Shown here piece by piece: positions 13,801-27,871 of a stretch of DNA of 40,158 nt. The stretch is from Nemertoderma westbladi. Lineage: Eukaryota > Animalia > Xenacoelomorpha. Numbering within the stretch: position 1 is the first letter of the stretch; every line of letters starts with the position of its first letter. A program made the position numbers and the translations under genes. The DNA is taken from the NCBI GenBank assembly GCA_032718475.1, contig JAUCBJ010001764.1:1-40158 (forward strand), given 5' to 3'. Under the pieces are notes generated by a model. It searched no databases. It was not told the origin of the DNA and saw only the letters and a program-made list of their open reading frames with translations.

Positions 13801-14623
13801 CTCTACTGAAATTCCCGAACACGTTCAACTCCGATTCCATTTCACAATACAAAGCCTTCAGAACCGAACGCCAGAACGCTTTCATTGCCGAAGGTCTTCT
13901 TAATGGCCCTGCGTTTTCCAACACCGCATGGAGAAGAACCGGACAGAAAAACCGTCACGTCATCACAAGAACCACCTCACACGGTTTTCATCACAAGCTT
14001 TGCACCAACACTCGCCCTTTCCATGACCGCTCCGTCTCTTGTGTTTGCAAATTCTGTAACCTCAGTTGCGAAGACAAGTACCACGTACTATCATGCTCAT
14101 CATCTCCAGTTCTCTCCGCACTACCAATCGAATAATTTAACTTTGTAAACCTTTATATTTTTCATAATCTATCCCACACTCCATTTTAATGAAAATTTTT
14201 ATATAATAAAATATAATTTTATATTATTTTATATTATGTTGGTTGAGAATAAACTGTTTTTATCATTTGTGCTTTTAATGATATGTTATATATTAAATTA
14301 ATTGAGACTCTTAGATTACTGTACCATAAATACTGATAGATACTATTTCCTGTATTATACTCGTATAATTTGTAATGTATGTAAATTATTCCATTCACCT
14401 TTGATTTTACCCTCACAAATGAGCTAATATATTTGCCCCGCACGGGGGCGTATCTTTCTTTAAAAAAAAATAGATTTAATATAGTTATTTACTGTTAGAT
14501 ATATAAAATTTAAGAAAAAAACATCATAAAAGAATATGTAAAGTTATTGAAGGGGGGGGGGGGGGGGGGGGGGTTATCTCAGCTTCATTCCCCTGGACGC
14601 CAGAAGGGCTCGCTGCGCCTCTG
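10856..14623. mobile_element. Non-autonomous hAT-type DNA transposon (no transposase) containing a LINE
   Basis: TIRs CAGAGGCGTAGCGAG (10856-10870) and CTCGCTGCGCCTCTG (14609-14623) match 14/15. Flanking 8-mers ATAAACGG (10848-10855) and ATAAACTG (14624-14631) match 7/8. 8-bp TSDs and CAG termini are typical of hAT. Confidence 0.85.
11240..14470 (+). mobile_element. Lightly degenerate non-LTR retrotransposon (RTEX/RTE-group-like): EN, RT, C-terminal Cys/His motif, 3'UTR and A-tail
   Basis: IFWNVEGL, MFAETF, LAGDFNCR, PTYISPQGSSIVDIVF, KASGPDG, LYKGKG..NYRGIAL, QYGF, FIDFKKAFD, GILQGDSISPTLF, FADD (13292), YEYLGV, HGFHH..C..CVCKFC..C..YH..C. Hairpin GCCCC-GCACG-GGGGC (14435-14449) precedes A9 (14462-14470). 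Roughly 5 frameshifts or stops. Clade call is tentative. Confidence 0.9.
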
Positions 14624-14756
14624 ATAAACTGCTGCTCAAGGACACTGGCCTAATGAACATCGTCGGACTGTATGAGGAGGCAGCTTTGTATCGGCATCAG
14701 TAATCTGTATATAAACTTCTAATTTATTTTATATATTTAATTTCAAGGTTGTCAGC

Positions 14757-14880
14757 CCATGACTTTCTTAAGATACCTCTTAAAGGACACAGGCCTTGAA
14801 GATGCGGATAATCTCGCGAAAGTCATGGGGTCATGGTGCAACTTTGTTGATAAGCCGGTATATAGTATTCTTAATGCACG
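14757..14880 (+). mobile_element. Short RTE C-terminal fragment, paralogous to 31270-31395
   Basis: Reads MTFLRYLLKDTGLEDADNLAKVMG; clear nucleotide similarity over about 70 bp to 31269-31340. Confidence 0.75.
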
Positions 14881-15349
14881 CTGCATCACAGGAAGCCTAT
14901 TGTAGATTGCATAGTGGTGGCACAATGTTTTTGTTAAGCCATCATAGCATCTCAATGTGAAGTTGAAATGCAGCAGGCCGATTATAGATATATAGATTCC
15001 ATATCATTTTTTGTGGTGTTTGTTTAAAAAAAGTATACTAGTATAACGTTAGTGTAACGATTAAGTATATAATGTAATAGAACATTATGATAATGCTCTC
15101 CATAGCGAAAAATATCAACCGACCCTATTGGGGCTATTGGGGTACCTAGGTTTCAAAATACAGGTTATCATCATACGGGTGTGTGTACTGAGCTACCAGG
15201 ATGGATGAAGAATTTGCTATGGAGTGGGATAAAATATTTAGGCCAACTAATCACTCAAAGGAAAGGAAATCACTCATATTGTTCTATTGTTACAATATGT
15301 ACTTAATATACCATGATGATGCACAACTCAATATATGATGGTACTCTCA

Positions 15350-16720
15350 TAACATGAGTAGATCAGCATCTTTGTTGTAACGATTGCCAGTGTGCTGATA
15401 GCTCTCAAACTGATTGTATATTTAATTTATGGAAATCTGTTTCCAAAACTTTAATTAGTTGCGCAAATCAGACCTTGCCTCGGAGTAAAAATTATATAAA
15501 TAGTGGTGGTAAGACAATAATATTCCAGGCGGGAATGATAATGTCAAAAGTTATTACGACGCATCTCGGCGCGCTTTTTCGGATAGGCGTAATGCTGGTT
15601 GCCCGAGGCAAGGTGAGATTCATAAAGTATATTTAACTAAGAGACACGTTTTAGAGAGGAACCTTTTCTTTATCTCAGAGGCACGTTTTAAACGTGCCTT
15701 CCGTTCCTGTAAACGTAATGAAAAATCCAATAGGGCAAACAAGCTAGCTGATGCTAATTTGAGAAAAGATTATAAATCATTTAGGGGTTCAGTAAAAATA
15801 AGGATAATATGTCATGGGATCTACTTGGTATGAGTTGTTCGGACCTAGATACCAAGCGGGGGTCTAGTAGCTCTGGATATTGGTGAAAACACATCTGGTT
15901 TCGTCTTTAACTTCACATATATTGTTAATAAACAGTATAATAGTAAGTATGTTACAGACAGATATCTATTTAATGGTCCAAAGTCGGGGCTTTTGTGAAG
16001 CAATGGCACCGCAGAGGCTGAAAATTTTACATTGGTCTTTGTAATGTAATAACTATGGATCTGCTACGTTCACCGTAGCAATAATGAACAACTGAACTAC
16101 AATATTAATCTATGATACTATATATATATCATGATACTTGCAGTGAGAGAACTAACTGTGTCATTATTAGTTTAGTTAACCAAGGCTTCTGATTGGCTCT
16201 GGCTATTTGCCAACTATTAAATCTCATTAGATAGCAGCAAATAAGGTGTGTGTAATCGATTGGTTTGATTGATTCTCTAGTTCCCTCTTAGCTACACAAT
16301 GTTATTTATCATTTATGGTTCATCCCTGTACAATTAATATATGCACAATGGATAAGCAATAAATATATATACACAATACGTTAACCGTATTACAATATAA
16401 TAGATTGCGCAACACGTGATCTTTCCTTTGTTTTGCCACCAGGCCCTATTGCTACCTTGACTTTGCGAGGTATCAGTCCCCTTAAGGGGAGGGTGATAAT
16501 TGATGCCGCTATACGGCTGGTGGCTAATAGGGTAATGTATTGGTTTTTTAGGTAAGTGAAGTACATATAGGGATAATCCCGTAACAGAGTATCGGTATTG
16601 CCTAACCTTATTGATGCTCAAATAGGGGAACAAAGTGAAATGGTTGCTAGTGATTACGAGGAAATATTTAATTGCATCAACGTTAGTGCAGTTCTGGTGA
16701 AGTTTCTTTTGGATTTTCCA
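15350..16720 (+). mobile_element. Degenerate non-LTR retrotransposon fragment (EN-RT linker) interrupted by a solo LTR
   Basis: LCCNDCQC..IPGGNDNVK..SRRAF..AGCPRQGEIH..RARFKRAFRSCKRNE..RANKLA..KDYKSF..VK, resuming after 16591 as SVLPNLIDAQIGE..YEEIFNC. Clade unresolved. Confidence 0.75.
15810..16586. mobile_element. Probable solo LTR (777 bp)
   Basis: Begins TGTCATGGGAT and ends ATCCCGTAACA (TG..CA, 9/11 inverted match). Removing it plus 5 bp restores the host LINE frame; the putative TSD is decayed (TAATA/GAGTA). Confidence 0.7.
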
Positions 16721-17155
16721 ATTTAATATTGTGCTTCTATTTATTACTCTACTTATTACCACTGGTAATCTTTCTTTCTTACTGTACCTTACAGACTCTA
16801 TATCGACTAAGATATTGTGTTATATCCATAATTGTCCGCAATAAAATATATAATAATAATAATAATAATAATCAATGACTAACGATACGACCAGCTGATA
16901 AAAACACGCCTCACCCTGCAGATCTCAAATTGCATGTACACTGAAGAAACTACCAACCCGTACAAGATATCCTCAATCGCAGGTCGCGGCTCTCGGTATC
17001 AACAAAATATGGAATCCGGATATCAGTAGGCCTATACATCTGACTGTTTATTCTCAATTAAATTGGGTTTTCTACAACATTACTAACTCTCGTTTATTGT
17101 TTTGGTTCCTTTAAACCCGCCTCTGTAACCTAATTCTTTACTAACCTGCCCAAAA

Positions 17156-18704
<1,549 letters not shown>

Positions 18705-19380
18705 CGTTTATGCCAAGCTTGTCATGTCTGTGGGCTGTTGTAATGTGGTGTGGGTGCCTTACAATTACAGGGCGATTTATATAAGAATATATGCATAAAT
18801 ATAAAACTAACTATAACGTATTAAACTATAGTTTATAGTTTCATTAGTTAGTTTATAGTTTGTATAAACATATTTACCTGATGTACTGCTAACAGCAATG
18901 TTATCATATCCATGTTTTGCTGTATATCTTTCTATGGTGTTGTTTTACACTCCTTCTCATATGTCCTGTCGGATTGAACAGTGAACACCCCCAGGCCTCC
19001 AACCCCACCCCACAGCTCCAAGTCCCCACAATGCGTGCTCATCCACGAAAAGCCAAACATTGATTATTAAAACTCTCACAAAGGCGTAACGATTTTCTTA
19101 CCCTACTTTTATAGTGAGTTGTCACAAATTAATTACGACTAGGATCTTGACCTGTCATCGCTGGCAAATAGAGCAACCCCACATGTAAAGTACAATGGGA
19201 CTTAATCAATAGCGGCCAACCTTGGGTTATTTATTGTGAACGAACATCCACAGAAACCGTTGATGGTTAAGGGCATACTAATTATAATATACTCTCTCAC
19301 GATAATGGATAGCTGGTACTAAATCACCCATATTCTATATAGAAATACTGAAATACTAAAAGACATTCCGCAAAAATCCG

Positions 19381-19828
19381 ACGGCCCCGGACTATACTGC
19401 ACAATAACCCGACAGGCCGGATTATACTCCACAATAACCCGTCAGGCCGGATTATACTGCACAATAACCCGACAGGCCTTTTTATACTGCACAATAACCC
19501 GTCAGGCCGGATTATACTGCACAATAACCCGACAGGCCTTTTTATAATGCACAATAACCCGTCAGGCCGGATTATACTGCACAATAACCCGACAGGCCTT
19601 TTTATAATGCACAATAACCCGACAGACCGGATTATACTGCACAATAACCCGACAACCTGGACAATGCTGCACAATAACCCGACAGACCGGATTATACTGC
19701 ACAATAACCCGACAGGCCTTTTTATAATGCACAATAACCCGACAGACCGGATTATACTGCACAATAACCCGACAACCTGGACAATGCTGCACAATAACCC
19801 GACAGACCGGACTATACTGCACAATAAC
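19381..19828. repeat. 30-bp minisatellite, 15 copies (GACAGGCCGGATTATACTGCACAATAACCC)
   Basis: Directly visible; variants alternate with 60- and 120-bp periods. Confidence 0.97.
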
Positions 19829-20642
19829 ATAACCTACCTACTTACATGTTGTTCATTTACAACAACCAGCATAAGATGACTAAACACATGGTATCAATTG
19901 CGTGATAGACTTGTGTAGGTTTGTCAATAGTTAATTGAAAGTTTGAGAAGGGAACACTCAATGGATCTATCTCTCTGGTATAATTTTCAAGTTTTGTTTG
20001 GAAATTCTTTCATTTCGGAAAAAAATAAAACTCTTACACTCTACCGGTACCTGAATAAAGCCATGTTTGTCGTTTTTCTTTAAACAAATAGGAAAGTAAA
20101 ATCAATTATTCTGGTTGTTTGGCGGCAATTAAAAGTATTTTTTGTGGGGGATCAAGGCAACCTGGGAAACAGAGTGCAAGGGTTTATTTACTGTGGAAGA
20201 TCACCCATTTGGTGGTGAACAGGAATTCCTTTGCTTCTGAAAGCTTCTCCCATTCAAAAGTATTTTTTGCCAAATTTGTATATAATTATTGTGTTGAAAA
20301 ATAACACCTTCATAATCGATCGCGTTCTAATTATCCGGAGGTGTTTCCTTGGGTGGTGGTGATGTTTTCCTAAACCGGATCAATCTAAACCGTAATGTTT
20401 TAAGGAATATCATTCATAATTCATAAAGTAATACGCATTCAAAAGGAAGGAATAATGAACTATTCTTTGTTTCATTGTTTGGCGAGACACCGAGTCTAGG
20501 TGAGCCTTTGATTCGCGGTATAATTAGTTCACCGTCTGTCGTAGTCGCCGTTGGAAATGTTTCAACGCTAATAAATCGGTCAATTACAGATGAAATGAAA
20601 CTAAACTTGGTACGCATTACGCATGTAGTCTATAAAAGCGTT

Positions 20643-23600
20643 AACGGTTGAAACCAAGGTACCTAGGTACTCGGTCAACACGCAACACAACGGTTGAAAC
20701 CAAGGTACCTAGGTACACGGTCAACAGGCAACACAATGGTTGAAACCAATGTACCTAGGTACACGGTCAACACGCAACACAACGGCTGAAACCAAGGTAC
20801 CTAGGTACTCGGTCAACACGCAACACAACGGTTGAAACCAAGGTACCTAGGTACTCGGTCAACACGCAACACAACGGTTGAAACCAAGGTACCTAGGTAC
20901 ACGGTCAACAGGCAACACAATGGTTGAAACCAAGGTACCTAGGTACACGGTCAACAGGCAACACAACGGTTGAAACCAAGGTACCTAGGTACACGGTCAA
21001 CAGGCAACACAACGGTTGAAACCAAGCTACCTAGGTACACGGTCAACAGGCAACACAACGGTTGAAACCAAGGTACCTAGGTACACGGTCAACAGGCAAC
21101 ACAATGGTTGAAACCAAAGTACCTAGGTACACGGTCAACACGCAACACAACGGTTGAAACCAAGGTACCTAGGTACACGGTCAACACGCAACACAATGGT
21201 TGAAACCAAGGTACCTAGGTACACGGTCAACACGCAACACAACGGTTGAAACCAAGGTACCTAGGTACACGGTCAACAGGCAACACAATGGTTGAAACCA
21301 AGGTACCTAGGTACACGGTCAACAGGCAACACAATGGTTGAAACCAAAGTACCTAGGTACACGGTCAACAGGCAACACAACGGTTGAAACCAAGGTACCT
21401 AGGTACACGGTCAACAGGCAACACAATGGTTGAAACCAAAGTACCTAGGTACACGGTCAACAGGCAACACAACGGTTGAAACCAAGGTACCTAGGTACAC
21501 GGTCAACACGCAACACAACGGTTGAAACCAAGGTACCTAGGTACACGGTCAACACGCAACACAACGGTTGAAACCAAGGTACCTAGGTACACGGTCAACA
21601 GGCAACACAATGGTTGAAACCAAAGTACCTAGGTACACGGTCAACACGCAACACAACGGTTGAAACCAAGGTACCTAGGTACACGGTCAACACGCAACAC
21701 AACGGTTGAAACCAAGGTACCTAGGTACACGGTCAACAGGCAACACAATGGTTGAAACCAAGGTACCTAGGTACACGGTCAACAGGCAACACAATGGTTG
21801 AAACCAAAGTACCTAGGTACACGGTCAACAGGCAACACAACGGTTGAAACCAAGGTACCTAGGTACACGGTCAACACGCAACACAACGGTTGAAACCAAG
21901 GTACCTAGGTACGCGGTCAACACGCAACACAACGGTTGAAACCAAGGTACCTAGGTACACGGTCAACAGGCAACACAATGGTTGAAACCAAAGTACCTAG
22001 GTACACGGTCAACACGCAACACAACGGTTGAAACCAAGGTACCTAGGTACACGGTCAACACGCAACACAATGGTTGAAACCAAGGTACCTAGGTACACGG
22101 TCAACACGCAACACAACGGTTGAAACCAAGGTACCTAGGTACACGGTCAACAGGCAACACAATGGTTGAAACCAAGGTACCTAGGTACACGGTCAACAGG
22201 CAACACAATGGTTGAAACCAAAGTACCTAGGTACACGGTCAACAGGCAACACAACGGTTGAAACCAAGGTACCTAGGTACACGGTCAACACGCAACACAA
22301 CGGTTGAAACCAAGGTACCTAGGTACACGGTCAACAGGCAACACAATGGTTGAAACCAAGGTACCTAGGTACACGGTCAACAGGCAACACAATGGTTGAA
22401 ACCAAAGTACCTAGGTACACGGTCAACAGGCAACACAACGGTTGAAACCAAGGTACCTAGGTACACGGTCAACACGCAACACAACGGTTGAAACCAAGGT
22501 ACCTAGGTACACGGTCAACACGCAACACAATGGTTGAAACCAATGTACCTAGGTACACGGTCAACACGCAACACAACGGCTGAAACCAAGGTACCTAGGT
22601 ACTCGGTCAACACGCAACACAACGGTTGAAACCAAGGTACCTAGGTACACGCTCAACAGGCAACACAATGGTTGAAACCAAGGTACCTAGGTACACGGTT
22701 AACAGGCAACACAATGGTTGAAACCAAAGTACCTAGGTACACGGTCAACACGCAACACAACGGCTGAAACCAAGGTACCTAGGTACTCGGTCAACACGCA
22801 ACACAACGGTTGAAACCAAGGTACCTAGGTACACGGTCAACAGGCAACACAATGGTTGAAACCAAGGTACCTAGGTACACGGTCAACAGGCAACACAATG
22901 GTTGAAACCAAAGTACCTAGGTACACGGTCAACAGGCAACACAACGGTTGAAACCAAGGTACCTAGGTACACGGTCAACACGCAACACAACGGTTGAAAC
23001 CAAGGTACCTAGGTACGCGGTCAACACGCAACACAACAGTTGAAACCAAGGTACCTAGGTACACGGTCAACAGGCAACACAATGGTTGAAACCAAAGTAC
23101 CTAGGTACACGGTCAACAGGCAACACAACGGTTGAAACCAAGGTACCTAGGTACACGGTCAACACGCAACACAACGGTTGAAACCAAGGTACCTAGGTAC
23201 ACGGTCAACAGGCAACACAATGGTTGAAACCAATGTACCTAGGTACACGGTCAACACGCAACACAACGGCTGAAACCAAGGTACCTAGGTACTCGGTCAA
23301 CACGCAACACAACGGTTGAAACCAAGGTACCTAGGTACACGGTCAACAGGCAACACAATGGTTGAAACCAAGGTACCTAGGTACACGGTCAACAGGCAAC
23401 ACAATGGTTGAAACCAAAGTACCTAGGTACACGGTCAACAGGCAACACAACGGTTGAAACCAAGGTACCTAGGTACACGGTCAACACGCAACACAACGGT
23501 TGAAACCAAGGTACCTAGGTACGCGGTCAACACGCAACACAACGGTTGAAACCAAGGTACCTAGGTACACGGTCAACAGGCAACACAATGGTTGAAACCA

Positions 23601-25524
23601 AAGTACCTAGGTACACGGTCAACACGCAACACAACGGTTGAAACCAAGGTACCTAGGTACACGGTCAACACGCAACACAATGGTTGAAACCAAGGTACCT
23701 AGGTACACGGTCAACACGCAACACAACGGTTGAAACCAAGGTACCTAGGTACACGGTCAACAGGCAACACAATGGTTGAAACCAAGGTACCTAGGTACAC
23801 GGTCAACAGGCAACACAATGGTTGAAACCAAAGTACCTAGGTACACGGTCAACAGGCAACACAACGGTTGAAACCAAGGTACCTAGGTACACGGTCAACA
23901 CGCAACACAACGGTTGAAACCAAGGTACCTAGGTACACGGTCAACACGCAACACAATGGTTGAAACCAAGGTACCTAGGTACACGGTCAACAGGCAACAC
24001 AACGGTTGAAACCAAGGTACCTAGGTACACGGTCAACACGCAACACAATGGTTGAAACCAAGGTACCTACAGTAGGTACACGGTCAACACGCAACACAAT
24101 GGTTGAAACCAAGGTACCTAGGTACACGGTCAACACGCAACACAACGGTGGAAACCAAGGTACCTAGGTACTCAGTTAACACGCAACACAATGGTTGAAA
24201 CCAAGGTACCTAGGTACACGGTCAACACGCAACACAACGGTTGAAACCAAGGTACCTAGGTACACGGTCAACAGGCAACACAATGGTTGAAACCAAGGTA
24301 CCTAGGTACACGGTCAACACGCAACACAATGGTTGAAACGAAGGTACCTAGGTACACGGTCAACACGCAACACAATGGTTGAAACCAAGGTACCTAGGTA
24401 CACGGTCAACAGGCAACACAATGGTTGAAACCAAGGTACCTAGGTACACGGTCAACACGCAACACAATGGTTGAAACCAAGGTACCTAGGTACACGGTCA
24501 ACAGGCAACACAACGGTTGAAACCAAGGTACCTAGGTACACGGTCAACACGCAACACAATGGTTGAAACCAAGGTACCTACAGTAGGTACACGGTCAACA
24601 CGCAACACAATGGTTGAAACCAAGGTACCTAGGTACACGGTCAACACGCAACACAACGGTGGAAACCAAGGTACCTAGGTACTCAGTTAACACGCAACAC
24701 AATGGTTGAAACCAAGGTACCTAGGTACACGGTCAACAGGCAACACAATGGTTGAAACCAAGGTACCTAGGTACACGGTCAACACGCAACACAACGGTTG
24801 AAACCAAGGTACCTAGGTAAACACGGTCAACACGCAACACAATGGTTGAAACCGAGGTACCTAGGTACACGGTAAACACGCAACACAAGGGTTGTGACCA
24901 AGGTACCTAGGTACTCAGTTAACACGCAACACAAGGGTTGAAACCAAGGTGACTAGGTACACGGTCAACACGCAACACAATGGTTGAAACCAAGGTACCT
25001 AGGTACACGGTCAACACGCAACACAACGGTGGAAACCAAGGTACCTAGGTACACGGTCAACAGGCAACACAATGGTTGAGACCAAAGTACCTAGGTACTC
25101 GGTCAACACGCAACACAACGGTTGAAACCAAGGTACATAGGTACACGGTCAACACGCAACACAATGGTTGAAACCAAGGTACCTAGGTACACGGTCAACA
25201 GGCAACACAACGGTTGAAACCAAGGTACCTAGGTACTCGGTCAACAGGCAACACAATGGTTGAAACCAAGGTACCTAGGTACACGGTCAACACGCAACAC
25301 AATGGTTGAAACCAATGTACCTAGGTACACGGTCAACGCGCAACACAACGGTTGAAACCAAGGTACCTAGGTACACGGTCAACACGCAACACAACGGTTG
25401 AAACCAAGGTACCTAGGTACACGGTCAACACGCAACACAATGGTTGAAACCAAGGTACCTAGGTACTCGGTCAACACGCAACACAACGGTTGAAACCAAG
25501 GTACCTAGGTACACGGTCAACACG
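20643..25524. repeat. 46-bp palindromic satellite, about 106 copies (AACGGTTGAAACCAAGGTACCTAGGTACACGGTCAACACGCAACAC)
   Basis: Head-to-tail units with no spacers; central perfect palindrome GTACCTAGGTAC. Confidence 0.99.
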
Positions 25525-26649
25525 GATGATAATATCGCTTACTTTGTTACTCGATGTCGGCATTCGCCTTCCGTAACATCATCATCCCCCAAATTAGCCG
25601 GAATTGGGCCAAAAAGGAAATAAATGTCACGGCAGAGCGATAGTAACTCCGGATTGGACTAACTTTCACGGTTTCCACAACAATTACTGCTAACCCCAGT
25701 GCAGTAATTCATGTCCATGTTAATTAGGGCAAACTAGCGATTCCTGTCCTGCTATATTCCTTAATCTAATCTTCGCCATTAATATTTCCTGAGTCCAATA
25801 AAATTACAATGCGAAGCCATCAGGGACAAGGCTTTGGAGGCCATAAACAATACGTTGGGGGGAATATAACGTTTGAAGATTTCTTTATGATTTCAATTGA
25901 TTTTGATTGATTAATATAAACCTGCTGTTTGATAGCAGGCCTCCTATTAATTAACCTTTGATCCTTATATATCAAATAAGGTTGACAATAATATGGGGCC
26001 GGGCCGTATGTCTTGAATAGTAAATGAATTGGAGGAGTTGAGCTGATGTTGCAGATGCAGTAAAATCATATTAAATTCCATAGTCAATGCTAAAATAACC
26101 AGTAAGTACATTCTGGTTCTTCTTATGTACAAACTTATATTTATTATTCCCCGTATTATACTTCTATGTCCAGGACAGACACAGCTGGAGGTCTAAGGCT
26201 CCCACCCCATATTTCAATCCGTTCAATCACACAGTGCTACTATCGTAGTGCAATAAACTAGCTGCAAATGAATAACATAATGTGATTAGCTTCACTCTAA
26301 ATGGCATCAGGCGAACTCTGCACCAATTAGGGTGGCCTATTCATTGTCCTAGTGATTGACGGTTTCCAATATTCCCGCTTTTTCAATACGTATTGTTACG
26401 AACAAAATGTTATTGGCTTTGAAAACTGGATGTCAGTCAGTCACGCGCCAATGTCGATAATAATATTCTGATTTTGCCTCGACGAAAGTACAACTAATTC
26501 AGACTTTTGAAATTGTCACATAATGGTTATGTAATCGTTATCGGTTAATGGTTTATAATTGGTTAATAAATGGTTAACAACTTGCTGTAATATTTTAATT
26601 TACCAATAAAAAGATATGAAGCTGTATTATGATTTTTACAGAGCAATCA

Positions 26650-27545
26650 TTAAAGTGCGGCTGATGGGTTACATCCACGTGCATTTCTTTATCTTCTGGA
26701 GGACTTCAATGACTCAGCTAAAGTACGCCTTGGATATAAAGCAACCATGTCAACCGAAATTCAATGATTTGGTAGCAAAAAGCAAAAATTTCAAAAAGTT
26801 GTCTACAAGTTTGATTGCGGGCAACCATATCTAGCACCTGTCAAAATTTCAGCCAAAAATATTATAAATTGGCAGACTAGATAACTTTTTTGTGATGGTA
26901 GTTTTGTGAAAAGTAAAAGCAGAGAAAAATGCAGTTAAACATTTTGCTGTTTTTATCATTGAATATTAAGAAAACTAAAGGTCGTATGATTAAATTGTAA
27001 AATTTAAAGCTGCAGAGAATCATCACCTTATCACCTTAGTTGAGCGGTGAATTAACATTGACAATTTATTGATAACTATTTATTACTAAATTAGTAATAA
27101 ATTTAAATTTATTACCTATTTATAACTAATTAACTATATTTAATATAGTTAATTAGTTATAAATAAGTAATGAATTTCGTTACTTAAGAAAACTATATGG
27201 TTTATGACAAAATTGTAAGATTCAAAGTTGTAGAGAAACCCCAACGTAGTTGATTGGTGAATTAAAATTGGATTGAATCAAAATTAAAAATACACACATA
27301 AGAACACTTCTACAGTTAATTAATATAATATTTTGATACTTGATATGCAAAAATATGTATTTTTTAAAATTTTTTATCTGAGATAGGTGAATAAAAAGCC
27401 ATATTGCTCGAAAAGTAAGATAGATCCGGTTTCAGATTCGGAATCAGCAATAAATTCTGGTTCAGAATCAGTTAAAAACGCAATTTTTGTTTTTTTGACC
27501 CAAAAAAGGTAAAGCCCACCCAGAAACCAGTTTCTCTGGGATGTA
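26650..27545. mobile_element. Probable non-autonomous DNA/rolling-circle element with internal direct repeats and palindromes
   Basis: Diverged direct repeats of about 90 bp (26966-27060, 27184-27270) flank palindromes at 27078-27102 and 27105-27177; hairpin CCCAGA..TCTGGG near 27519-27540. Boundaries uncertain. Confidence 0.4.
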
Positions 27546-27871
27546 TGTACTTGGTTCTTTAGTTAACAGTAAAGTTTTATCCCGTTATTATATCTGAACC
27601 GACATGTTCCATAAGAATTCTCTGATCTCCCATACCACTTGCCTCGGTAAGAAACCGTTTCTTGGTCGCTTCGCTATAAATTCGACACTCCGGATCCTCT
27701 AGGGCATTCCAACTGAACAGTTTAAGGGGAAAGTTATCTTTCAAGGAGAGAAGCTCCTTGAAAGCTTGAGAGCTTTTTTTTTTACACACATAGTTGCACA
27801 AATAGTAGTCCCTTAGTTAGTGGATGATTATTATTTGGGATCCATTTGGTTTAATTTCGGAAAATGAGGAA

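Larger units (their letters stand above)
10745..14700 (+). mobile_element. Old RTE 3'-end fragment (10745-10855 plus 14632-14700) split by the hAT insertion
   Basis: IAGHCYR at 10747-10767; SHGVGHKR then continues in frame as LLKDTGLMNI once 10856-14631 is removed. Confidence 0.7.

Noticed and set aside
15141-15151. Isolated GGTACCTAGGT matching the satellite core
   Set aside because: Only 11 bp with unrelated flanks; compatible with chance.
20643-25524. CRISPR array (palindromic repeat containing GTTGAAAC)
   Set aside because: No unique spacers, no cas genes, eukaryotic context; it is a head-to-tail satellite.
27577-27801. 74-aa ORF downstream of GDPD as an extra exon or gene
   Set aside because: No ATG at the called start, no recognisable motif, and GDPD already has a stop at 27872.
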